Source: an uncultured virus (IMG/VR IMGVR_UViG_2061766007_000680) (Duplodnaviria; Heunggongvirae; Uroviricota; Caudoviricetes). From it: 64,000 bases of DNA. The notes below the pieces were generated by a model, which did no database searches, was not told the origin of the DNA, and saw only the letters and a list, made by a program, of their open reading frames with translations. The DNA is taken from IMG/VR virus record IMGVR_UViG_2061766007_000680; one strand, given 5' to 3'. Shown here piece by piece: positions 46,288 through 56,612 of the stretch; the first letter of the stretch is position 1, and every line of letters starts with the position of its first letter. The position numbers and the translations under genes were made by a program.

Positions 46288-46698
46288 ATGAAAAAATTGT
46301 TATGGCTTGATGATATGCGATGCCCATTTAACGGCACATGGATAGATGTTTATTCACCTATCAACACCGATAACATTGTTGTTGAGTGGGTTAAATCGTA
46401 TTATGAATTCACCAAGTGGATAGAGAAGAATGGCCTCCCAGATGCAATTTGTTTTGACCACGATCTTGGAAAATTAACCGAAAACGAATTATTAGTTCAA
46501 GGCTACTCGAAGAAAGAGGCAAGAAAAACAAAGAGTGATGAGAAAAATGGATACGATTGTGCAAAATGGCTTGTAGATTATTGTATGGATAAAAATATTG
46601 ATGTACCCCCTTTTAATGTACATAGTTCAAATCCAGCGGGAAAAGAGAATATCATGTCTTATTTAAATAATTATCATAATTTTTTCTGCAAATCTTAA
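46288..46698 (+). CDS. cyclic-phosphate processing receiver-like domain protein
   Basis: LWLDDMR, ICFDHDLG, GYDCAKWL, VHSSNPAG. Confidence 0.75.
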   Translation: MKKLLWLDDMRCPFNGTWIDVYSPINTDNIVVEWVKSYYEFTKWIEKNGLPDAICFDHDLGKLTENELLVQGYSKKEARKTKSDEKNGYDCAKWLVDYCMDKNIDVPPFNVHSSNPAGKENIMSYLNNYHNFFCKS

Positions 46699-46771
46699 AA
46701 AATTTTTGTATATTTGTATTTAGGAAAGACAAATGATTAAATAATTAACAAATTAAATAAATTAAAATAAT

Positions 46772-48730
46772 ATGAGTAGTAATAAAGTAATTGGTATTGA
46801 CTTAGGAACAGGATTCTCGTGTGTAGCGGTAATGGAAGGTGGTAAACCAACCGTTATAGTCAACGAAGAGGGACAACGCACCACGCCTTCAGTTATCTAC
46901 ATTGACAAAGATGGCATTGAAGTAGGTGCATCTGCAAAACGTAAGATGACTATGAAACCAAAGAATACGGTTTCTTTTATTAAACGCTTTATGGGCGCAA
47001 ATTGGGATGATGCTGATGTGCAAGAAATGCTTAAACGTGTTTCTTATGAGGTAGTAAATGAAAATGGGAAACCACGCGTTAACATTGACGGTAAAGCATA
47101 TTCCCCAGAAGAAATTTCGTCCTATACTTTAGCAAAACTTAAAAAAGTTGCTGAAAATTATTATGGCGAAGAGGTAACAAAAGCTGTTATTACTGTACCA
47201 GCCTGGTTTAATGACGCACAACGCCAAGCAACTAAATTGGCTGGCGAAATCGCAGGCCTTGAAGTACTACGTGTGATCAATGAGCCTACTGCAGCAATTC
47301 TTGCATCTCCAATTAAAGTGGAAGAAGATAAGGATAAAACAGTTGCAGTGTTTGACTTTGGCTGTGGTACATTGGATGTGTCTGTATGCTCACTATCTAT
47401 GGTTGATGGACAATTGATGGTTGAGGTACTTGCATCTTATGGTGATGTATTCCTTGGCGGTGAAAACTATGACCACGCTATTGTAAACTGGTTACGTGAC
47501 GAATATGCAAAGGACCATGCAGGTGTTGATCTTACAAAAGATAAAATGGCATACTCTCGTCTTATTGAAGCAGCAGAAAAGGCTAAATGTGAATTGTCGT
47601 CTAGCCCATCTAGCGAAATTAATCTTCCTTATATTTCTGTACAAGATGGAGTTCCACAACATTTGGTAGTAACTTTAACACGTGCTAAATTTGATCAATT
47701 AACAGAGGATATTACCGCAAAGGCCATTGAGTGTACAAGAAAGTCACTCGAAAAGGCTAAAAAAACAGCAAGTGACTTAGATTCTATCTTATTGGTGGGT
47801 GGATCAACTCGTTTGCTATCAGTACAAGAGGCTCTTAAGAAAGAGTTCAACGTAACCCTTGATAAATCTTCCAATCCAGATGAAAGTGTGGCATTGGGCG
47901 CGGTCACTCAGGCCAACATCCTCGTCGGTGGCGAAGCAGCAAAGGATGTATTATTACTTGATGTAACCCCACTTTCTGTTGGTATTGAAACTGAGGGTGA
48001 GGTTATGACAGTTATGATTGAGGCTAATACTACGATTCCGACACAAAAGAAACAGACATTCACGACCTCCGTTGATAATCAGCCAGCCGTATCGATCCGA
48101 ATTTTTCAGGGGGAGCGTCAGTTTACCAGAGACAATAAGTTAATTGGTAACTTTGAACTTGGTGGTATTCTTCCTGCAAAACGCGGTGTTCCGCAAATTG
48201 AAGTAACATTTGATATTGATGCTAGTGGCATTCTTAAAGTGTCAGCAAAAGACCTTGGAACGGGTAAAGAGAACAATGTAACTATTACATCTTCTAACTC
48301 CATGTCAAAAGAAGAGGTTGAGCGTATTAAGGCCGAGGCCGAAGCACACAAGGCTGAGGATGCAAAACGCAAAGCCGAAGTTGATAAACTTAATAGTTGT
48401 GAGCACTATGCTTATGCAATTCAACAAACTCTTGATGACGAATCTTTGAAAGATAAGATTACCGAAGAACAGCGTAAACAGTTATCAGAGGGTGTAGAGA
48501 AGATTCTTGCTGCCGTTAAGGACAAGGATTTAACCAAAGCAGAAACTGCGCAGAAAGATTTGGAGAAAATCTTTAATCCTATTGCAAGTGAACTATATAA
48601 GCAACCTGATGCAAATGCACAAGCGGGTGGTACAGACTTCGGCCAACAATTCCAAGATTTTACGAAAAATCAAGGCCAGGGTCCAAAAACTGAAGGCCCA
48701 ACAGATGCAAATTTCGAGGAAGTTAAATAA
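46772..48730 (+). CDS. dnaK: molecular chaperone DnaK (Hsp70)
   Basis: [64 protein letters not shown]. Confidence 0.97.
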   Translation: MSSNKVIGIDLGTGFSCVAVMEGGKPTVIVNEEGQRTTPSVIYIDKDGIEVGASAKRKMTMKPKNTVSFIKRFMGANWDDADVQEMLKRVSYEVVNENGKPRVNIDGKAYSPEEISSYTLAKLKKVAENYYGEEVTKAVITVPAWFNDAQRQATKLAGEIAGLEVLRVINEPTAAILASPIKVEEDKDKTVAVFDFGCGTLDVSVCSLSMVDGQLMVEVLASYGDVFLGGENYDHAIVNWLRDEYAKDHAGVDLTKDKMAYSRLIEAAEKAKCELSSSPSSEINLPYISVQDGVPQHLVVTLTRAKFDQLTEDITAKAIECTRKSLEKAKKTASDLDSILLVGGSTRLLSVQEALKKEFNVTLDKSSNPDESVALGAVTQANILVGGEAAKDVLLLDVTPLSVGIETEGEVMTVMIEANTTIPTQKKQTFTTSVDNQPAVSIRIFQGERQFTRDNKLIGNFELGGILPAKRGVPQIEVTFDIDASGILKVSAKDLGTGKENNVTITSSNSMSKEEVERIKAEAEAHKAEDAKRKAEVDKLNSCEHYAYAIQQTLDDESLKDKITEEQRKQLSEGVEKILAAVKDKDLTKAETAQKDLEKIFNPIASELYKQPDANAQAGGTDFGQQFQDFTKNQGQGPKTEGPTDANFEEVK

Positions 48731-48852
48731 AAGTTTCAATTTCCAAATCTCACGGAGGGAGAAAATTTTCTCCCTCTATATTTTTTTTAAAAAAGTTTTC
48801 AAAAGTTAATATTTTTCTTGGTTGTATTTTTATTTATTATAAAAGGATATAT

Positions 48853-50700
48853 ATGGATAAAAAAGAATTTTTCATAGAAGAATCTAATAGAATACACAAC
48901 CACAAGTATGATTATTCAAAAGTAAACTATGTTAATGTTGACACAAAGGTTTGTATTATTTGTCCAGAACATGGTGAGTTCTGGCAAACACCATATAAAC
49001 ATAAGAATGGGCAAGGGTGTCCTATTTGTGCAAAGGAACACAGGTGTACAACAGAAAAGTTTATAGAAAAAGCAAAGAAAGTGCATGGTGATAAATATGA
49101 TTACAGTAAGGTAGAATACATTAATAATCGAATAAAGGTTTGCATAATTTGCCCAGAGCATGGAGAGTTTTGGCAAACACCTTTTGATCATGTTGTACAA
49201 AAACACGGTTGTCCAAAATGCTCGAATAATATAAAATATACTACTGAAGAATTCATAAACATGGCAAAAAAAAAACACGGTGAGCGATATTCCTATGAAA
49301 AAACGTTATATAACGGGATGGATAAAAAGGTGTGTATTATATGCCCAGAGCATGGAGAGTTTTGGCAGATGGCTAGAACACATTTAATGGGATGTGGTTG
49401 TCCTATTTGTGGAGGAAAGATTAGATATACAACTAACGATTTTGTTGAAAAATCAAAAGAAATTTTTGGAAATAAATATGATTATTCTTTAACTAATTTT
49501 GTTGATACGAAAACAAAAGTTCTAATTAGATGTTTGTGTAAAAATAGTTTAGGTGAAGAACACGGAATATTTAGTGTCACCCCAGAAAAACATTTATTAA
49601 GACATCAGGGGTGTCCAAAATGTATTGGGAAATACAAGACAACCGAAGAATTTATATCAGAAGCAAACATAATACACAATAATAGATATAACTATTCAAA
49701 AACAGAATATACTGGAGGAAAATCAAAAGTATGTATTATATGTCCAGAACACGGAGAATTCTGGCAAGAAGCAACAGCACATTTAGGTGGAGAAGGATGT
49801 CCAAAGTGTGGCATACATAAATCAAATTGCGAAGAAGAAATTTATAATTTACTAAAAACAAAACTTGATTGTGAAGTTATCAGTCGGGACAAATCAGTAA
49901 TTAAACCATATGAAATTGATATATTAGTTCCAAAATTAAAAATTGGTATTGAATATAATGGACTATTGTGGCACTCAACAAAGTACTGTAATGATAAAAA
50001 TACACATTTAAACAAACTAAATTTATGTAACAAAAAAGGTATAAAATTAATACAAATATTTGAAGATGAATATTATAATAATAAACAAATTGTTTTAGAA
50101 AAAATAAAACATATTTTCAAAATTAATTCTGGTATAAAACCCAAAATAATGGGCAGAAAAACCGAAATTAAAGTAATTAAAAATTATGATGCAAAAAACT
50201 TCTTAAAGAAATTCCATATACAAGGATTTTCCAATTCGACTTTATATTTAGGTGCTTTTTATAACCAAGAGTTAATTGCTGTAATGTCTTTTAAACATGA
50301 ATATAAAAATTCAAATCAATGGGAATTAACCAGGTTTGCTAGTGATTATAACTATATATGTCAGGGAGTTGGTGGTAAATTATTTAGTTATTTTATAAAG
50401 AACTATAATCCAGAAGAGATTAAATCTTTTGCTGATAGAAGATGGACGGTAGACGAAAAAAATAATATTTATGTAAGATTAGGATTTAAATTTAACTCTT
50501 ATACTAAACCAGACTATAAATATTATAATCCCAAAACAGAACGTTATAAAAGAATACATAAATTTAATTTTAGAAAAGAACGTTTATTAAAGAAATACAA
50601 TAATATTGATGTGAAAGACACCGAATCAAATATTACAAAAAAATTAGAATTTTATCGCATTTATGATTGTGGTCTCATAAAATATATATGGCAAAAATAA
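48853..50700 (+). CDS. DUF723-type zinc-repeat homing endonuclease-like protein
   Basis: About five YDYSK..Y...KV.IICPEHGEFWQ...GCPxC repeats, EIDI/IEYNGLLWHS nuclease motif, C-terminal ELTRFAS...SFADRRW...IYDCG domain. Confidence 0.8.
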   Translation: MDKKEFFIEESNRIHNHKYDYSKVNYVNVDTKVCIICPEHGEFWQTPYKHKNGQGCPICAKEHRCTTEKFIEKAKKVHGDKYDYSKVEYINNRIKVCIICPEHGEFWQTPFDHVVQKHGCPKCSNNIKYTTEEFINMAKKKHGERYSYEKTLYNGMDKKVCIICPEHGEFWQMARTHLMGCGCPICGGKIRYTTNDFVEKSKEIFGNKYDYSLTNFVDTKTKVLIRCLCKNSLGEEHGIFSVTPEKHLLRHQGCPKCIGKYKTTEEFISEANIIHNNRYNYSKTEYTGGKSKVCIICPEHGEFWQEATAHLGGEGCPKCGIHKSNCEEEIYNLLKTKLDCEVISRDKSVIKPYEIDILVPKLKIGIEYNGLLWHSTKYCNDKNTHLNKLNLCNKKGIKLIQIFEDEYYNNKQIVLEKIKHIFKINSGIKPKIMGRKTEIKVIKNYDAKNFLKKFHIQGFSNSTLYLGAFYNQELIAVMSFKHEYKNSNQWELTRFASDYNYICQGVGGKLFSYFIKNYNPEEIKSFADRRWTVDEKNNIYVRLGFKFNSYTKPDYKYYNPKTERYKRIHKFNFRKERLLKKYNNIDVKDTESNITKKLEFYRIYDCGLIKYIWQK

Positions 50701-50733
50701 AAAATTGTATATTTATAGAAAATAACAAATAAT

Positions 50734-51108
50734 ATGGGTGATTTGAAATTGGTATATGTAAATCCTGTTGGCCAAAACAGTGATGGGCTGAATGAGTACG
50801 AGTTCTTATTCTCAGAAACTCCAGATACTGTATGGGGTGAGAAGTGGGAACTCCCATGCCCGTCTGCTGTACTTAATTTAAAGCCGAATAAGGATACATA
50901 TAGCGAAACTAAAAGGGTAGTAACGGAAACAGATTTATTCTGTGCACAGCAAAATAGTTGTTTTTCAATGCAGGACTGTATTGATGGCTGTATCGCTTTG
51001 ATGTGGTTTTACAACAAAAAAGAAGAAGCAGTTGTCTTTAAGTTCGGAGAAAGCATGACTTCAACTATTGTTAAACTAGTAGAGAATGGTATGAAATTCA
51101 TTGATTAA
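50734..51108 (+). CDS. hypothetical protein (tandem paralog 1)
   Basis: LKL.YVNP.G.NS..L.EY.F.FS and CAQQN.CFSM..C..GCIAL shared with the next gene. Confidence 0.75.
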   Translation: MGDLKLVYVNPVGQNSDGLNEYEFLFSETPDTVWGEKWELPCPSAVLNLKPNKDTYSETKRVVTETDLFCAQQNSCFSMQDCIDGCIALMWFYNKKEEAVVFKFGESMTSTIVKLVENGMKFID

Positions 51109-51493
51109 TATGTCTAAACTGAAATTAATATATGTAAATCCTATTGGAAAGAATAGTGAAGACCTATACGAATACGATTTTTATTTTAGTGATAGGATTG
51201 AATTAGTATGGGGAGGCAACTGGGATGAGCCATATGCCGCATATGGAGGAGATATGTCACCGAGGAAAGGTACATACAATGAAGTTAGAAGAATAGTGAC
51301 TAATATACCATTCTCTTGCGCACAACAGAATACTTGTTTTTCAATGAGACACTGTGTTCAAGGATGTATAGCCTTATGTTTTGAAAATATAAATGGTTAT
51401 AAAGATTACCCAGAACCATATCGAATAGTATTCCAGTATGGTGAAGATATTGATTCTGTAATGGAAAAACTTTACAGCAGAAATACCGAGTAA
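51101..51493 (+). CDS. hypothetical protein (tandem paralog 2)
   Basis: Clear similarity to 50734-51108. Confidence 0.75.
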   Translation: MINMSKLKLIYVNPIGKNSEDLYEYDFYFSDRIELVWGGNWDEPYAAYGGDMSPRKGTYNEVRRIVTNIPFSCAQQNTCFSMRHCVQGCIALCFENINGYKDYPEPYRIVFQYGEDIDSVMEKLYSRNTE

Positions 51494-51599
51494 AAGACGA
51501 TAAATAAAAAAAATAGTTACCTTTTATTGATTTTTGGTAACTAATTCTGTATTTATATTTAGATAACAAAAATAACTAAGTATAAAAACAGAATGAATT

Positions 51600-52166
51600 A
51601 TGAAAGTAGAGTTAGATGAAATGAAAGAAAGTAATGAGAAAATTCTTAAAAGATGGAGAGACCTTGGTTTTTTAGTGGGGCTCAAAGAAGGAAGTCAGAG
51701 TGAATGGCGTTGTGCTAAATCGTTTGAATTATTAGCAAATTATTTTTTATCTGATGTTTCTAATAGAAAATTAAACTTTGAAATGACTAAAAATGAGGCT
51801 GAGAACATGTCTCTATTACAGGTTTTAACATTTCCAATTGTTCGACGTCTTATATGCGGGATAAGACCAAGGGTTAATAGAATAATTCAGCCAGAAGAAA
51901 TCGTTGAACCATTTAAACATGTATTTCTTAGAGAAATATTTGAATTAATCCCAGAAAAAAATAAAAAAAGAAAAGAATACAAATTGATTAGTGGTATTAT
52001 AGATTATTACAAACTATTTGATAAACATATCTTAGATGCAATAAGCGATTTAAATTTTAAGACTGATTTAAAAATGCTTAAAAAGGTGCTTAATATTGAT
52101 ATTGAAGCAGAAATTGTTGTGTTATATACTACATATATAGGCTTAAAACTAAATGAAAAACAATAA
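51600..52166 (+). CDS. hypothetical protein resembling the N-terminus of gp23-type major capsid proteins
   Basis: RWRDLGFLVGL and TFPIVRRL motifs. Confidence 0.45.
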   Translation: MKVELDEMKESNEKILKRWRDLGFLVGLKEGSQSEWRCAKSFELLANYFLSDVSNRKLNFEMTKNEAENMSLLQVLTFPIVRRLICGIRPRVNRIIQPEEIVEPFKHVFLREIFELIPEKNKKRKEYKLISGIIDYYKLFDKHILDAISDLNFKTDLKMLKKVLNIDIEAEIVVLYTTYIGLKLNEKQ

Positions 52167-52184
52167 AAAAAGAAATGCAGGGGA

Positions 52185-52478
52185 TTAGTCCTCTGCATTT
52201 TCTTGAATATCTTTAGCATGCCCAATTGTTGTTTTGTTCCCGCCAAACATTCTTGTTATTGTTGACAAGCCTAATAAGGTAGCACTAATACCAAGATCGA
52301 AATCTATAAGGCTAGAAACAGTGCCAGACATTTCTCCAGTGTGTATAAAAGATAAAACCGTTGCTGCTAAAATACAAACTTGGCAAATACAAAAACCAAC
52401 GCCACCCCAAAGTCTTTTAGAACTTGGGACGCCACTTTCACAGTGGGCTAAATACCAAAAAGTATCTCTTTTTGCCAT
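52185..52478 (-). CDS. small two-TM membrane protein
   Basis: PSSKRLWG followed by two hydrophobic segments; TATTTAT-like motif upstream. Confidence 0.6.
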   Translation of the reverse strand: MAKRDTFWYLAHCESGVPSSKRLWGGVGFCICQVCILAATVLSFIHTGEMSGTVSSLIDFDLGISATLLGLSTITRMFGGNKTTIGHAKDIQENAED

Positions 52479-52558
52479 AACTAATCAATTCTTTTATGAT
52501 AAATACTTTTTAACATTCGTTTTTGTAATACAAATACTATTTATATTATGTAAATAGC

Positions 52559-53695
52559 ATGATGAAGTTATTGGCAGAAAATAGTGATTGGCATCAATAT
52601 TATGATTATGTTGAAGATTATGATGCACGAGAAGTCCTTATGATGATTAAGAGGGGTGACAATTTATGGACTCCACTCATTAATCCATCTATGTATCAAC
52701 AAGCTTTAAATGAGTTCACTAAATTCGGTTCATTCCAAAAGTTTCCAACAAAATACATATATCAATGGATGGGAATTGTAATGAAAAACACAGCAATAAT
52801 TCGTGCAATAACAGAACTTGCAGGTCATGATGTCGGTTTTCCATCGTATGCTGTTATGGATGTTTTCTTTGGTGGTGATGGAGATAAATGGGAGGAATAT
52901 AGAAAATCATTAGGACACAAAGGAAATTTTTCTCCTGATTTTGGTTGGATGGGCCAAGAGGAAGATGATTATAATGAAGAAGATGAAGTTGATGATACTG
53001 AGGCCGCTACTCAATATTTAGAAGATAATGATTATTATAGAAAGATGGTATTACCAGATGGTTCTGATGCTTGGAGCGATTATGGTTTACAACCGTTAGA
53101 AACTATTATATTAGAATATTCTGAAGATTTAGAACCCGAAAAAGTACTAGTATTAATTAATAGGGCATTAGATGTTACTCACCAACGCGGAGATTTAGCA
53201 TCAGCATTTATTGAAGGTGGGTGGAATACGTTATCAAAAATTTCAAATTACGGATACATAAATGAAAACATTAATAAAAATAAAAATATGAAAGAAGAAC
53301 TAAAACCATATATAGAACATTTAAAACCTATGTTTGAATTGATAAAAGGAAAATTCAACATTGATGTTCCGCATCCTAAAGTGGTATTTGAATTGAAGAA
53401 ACAAAATTGTAATCCAATTTTAATAAAAACTGGATACTTTGATCCAGATACAAATAAAATACATATATTTTTATGCGACGACAAAGCCTTTAGAAGTGTA
53501 AAAGATGTTGCTAGGTCATTTTGTCACGAATGTATCCATTACTTCCAAAAATACAATGGCACAATAGGCAAGTCTGGTTATAAAGGAGATAAAATATCTG
53601 AAGACAAAGCATTAGTGAGACTTGAAGCAGAAGCATATTTAAAAGGAAATTTATATTTTAGAGAATATACTGAAAAGTTACAGAAGAAACTATAA
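52559..53695 (+). CDS. two-domain protein with C-terminal zinc metallopeptidase-like domain
   Basis: RSFCHECIHYFQ (HExxH) and LEAEAY. Confidence 0.65.
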   Translation: MMKLLAENSDWHQYYDYVEDYDAREVLMMIKRGDNLWTPLINPSMYQQALNEFTKFGSFQKFPTKYIYQWMGIVMKNTAIIRAITELAGHDVGFPSYAVMDVFFGGDGDKWEEYRKSLGHKGNFSPDFGWMGQEEDDYNEEDEVDDTEAATQYLEDNDYYRKMVLPDGSDAWSDYGLQPLETIILEYSEDLEPEKVLVLINRALDVTHQRGDLASAFIEGGWNTLSKISNYGYINENINKNKNMKEELKPYIEHLKPMFELIKGKFNIDVPHPKVVFELKKQNCNPILIKTGYFDPDTNKIHIFLCDDKAFRSVKDVARSFCHECIHYFQKYNGTIGKSGYKGDKISEDKALVRLEAEAYLKGNLYFREYTEKLQKKL

Positions 53696-54071
53696 CATAG
53701 GTAATTCACGAAAATAATGGGGACAAAAAAATACTTTTGTCCTCTTTTTTTACCCTAAAATTTTTATATTTAATGGAAAATGTTATATTTGGCGATATAA
53801 GCCAATAAAAAATATTTTTCATTTTTTTCTCTAAAATTTGTATGTTTCAAATATTTTTTGTACTTTTGCAGCAGAATTCAAAATTACGCGAATATGACAG
53901 AAGTATTAAATTTTGCGATAAACAAAAACAATAGTTCATATAGAACAGATAAGTATCGCATTGTTAAAGAGTACAAACATGGTTATGAAAAGTATCGTAT
54001 TCAATACGAAACAACCATCAACGGTTTTATCACTTATGTGAATGAAAGTGATGAGTTTTGGGTAAGTTTAG

Positions 54072-55010
54072 GTGCAGTACTTACAAGTGAAAATTTTCAA
54101 AATTTATTTAAATAATATGATAGGTGGAACAACAGTAAATATTGAAATCCTTGTTGGATTGCCTGGTAGCGGTAAAACTTATTATGCACAACATTTAAAT
54201 GCGTGTACAGGAGAAAACTTTTTTGTCCGTCGTATTGATTTTGATGAGTATTACCCTGTTCATCCAGGTATTATGACACTTCTTAAAAAACACGGTGTGT
54301 ATAATGAGGTATTCATGTTCAATGAGAAGAGTTTGTTAGTTTTTGATGGACTTTTCACTACACGCCATGCGCAGGAGAGAATTGTTTCTGAGTGGATCAA
54401 CGATGTATTCGACCCTGAGGACGAAAACAAAACATGCAAAACGAACATTAAGTTCATTTATTTCAAGTTGAACCGTGATGCTTGCCTTAAAAACGACTCA
54501 TATAGAGATAAGGAACGTAGCGCGAAGATTACCATTAAACACATGCTGTTGGATAAGCCAGACGTTGAATGGTTCAGAAATAAATATAATGATGAACGTT
54601 TTACATTTGAAATTGAAGAAAGAGAGGTATATACAATGAATGATTACGATGGAGTATTAAAGCCATTACGAAACTCGTATTGGAGTAATAAACTTGGCCA
54701 CGACACCATGACTTCTGAGGAATGGTGTACTGGTGGTACATTATGTTCATATGATGGATGGGAATCCGAGGTAGAACCTGAGAAACAACCACAGTCATTT
54801 AAGGAGTTTGATGATCTACTTGAAAAGTTATGTCCAGGCATTTCGTTCTTAACGTATAAGAAATTATATAATGAGTGCGTTACTATTGAGGACAGTTACG
54901 AAAACGACTACTATGGTGGTAGACGATACTACAGCATATATTGTTGCAACCTGGAGTTGTTGTACGATATGCTTAAAGCACGTGGCTATTTAACAGAAGA
55001 GGAGAAATAA
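54072..55010 (+). CDS. P-loop kinase (AAA_33/polynucleotide kinase-like) fused to an unknown domain
   Basis: LVGLPGSGKTYYA, LVFDG, CLKND..R. Confidence 0.65.
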   Translation: MQYLQVKIFKIYLNNMIGGTTVNIEILVGLPGSGKTYYAQHLNACTGENFFVRRIDFDEYYPVHPGIMTLLKKHGVYNEVFMFNEKSLLVFDGLFTTRHAQERIVSEWINDVFDPEDENKTCKTNIKFIYFKLNRDACLKNDSYRDKERSAKITIKHMLLDKPDVEWFRNKYNDERFTFEIEEREVYTMNDYDGVLKPLRNSYWSNKLGHDTMTSEEWCTGGTLCSYDGWESEVEPEKQPQSFKEFDDLLEKLCPGISFLTYKKLYNECVTIEDSYENDYYGGRRYYSIYCCNLELLYDMLKARGYLTEEEK

Positions 55011-55193
55011 TTTGGATAAATTTGGTATGTTAACAGATATAATTGATAATAACGGGAGAATCTTCATCGATTATCCGCCAGTACCACTATTATCAAACGA
55101 AACACATAGTCGTGAAGAAATCGATAAAGTGGTAGAACTTGCAATCAAAATCATGAAGAAATACCAAACAAAAATTATTTTATGAAATAAGAT

Positions 55194-55448
55194 ATGAATA
55201 TTAAGAAAACAAAAAATTACGTTATCGGAATAGGGTTAGTAATTCTGATACTTTTGGGCGTATTGAACTCTTGTTCTACAGAATCAATTGGACATGAAGT
55301 GTCAAACAATGGCAACAGATTCCAAATTGTTTACGTACAATATATGGGTATGGAATCTATACAAATTATTATTGACAAAGAAACTGGTGACAAATATCTC
55401 TTTATCAAAGACGGCTATGGCGCAGGTTTAACTAAATTAGAACAATAA
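55194..55448 (+). CDS. putative lipoprotein (DUF6440-like)
   Basis: LNSC lipobox; RF...IIIDKETGDKYL...GAGLT. Confidence 0.6.
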   Translation: MNIKKTKNYVIGIGLVILILLGVLNSCSTESIGHEVSNNGNRFQIVYVQYMGMESIQIIIDKETGDKYLFIKDGYGAGLTKLEQ

Positions 55449-55501
55449 CATGAGCCTCAAAAAATGCGAAATTGAACTTAAAAAACTGAAGAAAGAAATA
55501 T

Positions 55502-56362
55502 ATGGATAATATAACAAAACCTTGTGATATATGTCTTGATGAAAAATGTGAAGGGCGCCACGATTGTAATTGTTCTACATGTAAATTAGCCTCTGGGTGC
55601 GTTCGACACCTCCATCCGACGATTAGAATTACTAATCGTTGTACACAGCAGTGTGGGCATTGTTGTTTTGAAAGTCATCCTAAATCCAACATTATGATGA
55701 CAGTTGAAATGTCTGAGAAGATTGCTAAGTTTCTTAAAAACAACGGTGTTGATAGTGTTAACCTTATGGGTGGAGAATTCTTCTGCAATTCGAATTGGTT
55801 TGACATATTATCCAACATCATATCCGAAGTAAAAATTGCACGATTAGTCACTAATGGAGACTGGGTGAACAGTCCTACGGTAAAAGAACAACTTAAAGAG
55901 TTTGTTCCTAAGTTCAAAGACAGAATGTATATATGCATATCCAAGGATCGTTGGCATACAAACACAAATGTCGAGGCGGCTAAGGAGTTTCTTGATGAAT
56001 GTGGTGCAATTGTACGAGTAGCAACTGAGGATCAAACAACCAATCAATCGATTGTGCCAGTTGGTCGTGCAATGGGAAAATATATTAGCGGTATTTATGA
56101 TACGATGGGTTGTTATTGTCAGGATCCAAAAAATCAGTATGCATTCCTTATTGATGAGGAAGGACTTATTTATAAATGTCCTTTTGGTATTTTCAAATAT
56201 GCAACAGTAGATGAGTATGTTGATGGAGGATTTAGAGTGCGTTTTAAAGAATACAACAAATTCTTTTATAGTAAATTTATCCCAAGTTGTAATACATGTG
56301 TGCAATTTGTAACAATGCATAATGGAGATGGCGATAAACAAATAATTGTTAAAAATGAATAA
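55502..56362 (+). CDS. radical SAM protein with extra Cys-rich domains
   Basis: CTQQCGHC (CxxxCxxC), MGGE, VTNG; SPASM-like C-terminal cysteines. Confidence 0.85.
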   Translation: MDNITKPCDICLDEKCEGRHDCNCSTCKLASGCVRHLHPTIRITNRCTQQCGHCCFESHPKSNIMMTVEMSEKIAKFLKNNGVDSVNLMGGEFFCNSNWFDILSNIISEVKIARLVTNGDWVNSPTVKEQLKEFVPKFKDRMYICISKDRWHTNTNVEAAKEFLDECGAIVRVATEDQTTNQSIVPVGRAMGKYISGIYDTMGCYCQDPKNQYAFLIDEEGLIYKCPFGIFKYATVDEYVDGGFRVRFKEYNKFFYSKFIPSCNTCVQFVTMHNGDGDKQIIVKNE

Positions 56363-56365
56363 AAT

Positions 56366-56569
56366 ATGGAAGATCCTGATTTGTTTAGTAAAGAAGAGGA
56401 AGCACAGTACGAAGAATGGCTTCAAAAGAATTACAAATTCTTACGTAGATTTATGTACCAATGTCTAAAAGTAGATGTTGATAGAGAAAGTGATTATTAT
56501 GATAATTCAGAGTGGTACGAGAGTAGTATTCGTATTGATATACCGTATCAGTTGGATGATGAAGAATAG
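56366..56569 (+). CDS. hypothetical protein
   Basis: 67 aa acidic ORF. Confidence 0.5.
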   Translation: MEDPDLFSKEEEAQYEEWLQKNYKFLRRFMYQCLKVDVDRESDYYDNSEWYESSIRIDIPYQLDDEE

Positions 56570-56612
56570 AGAGCGAAAGTTCTCTATTTTTTTTGTATAT
56601 TTGTATTGAATT

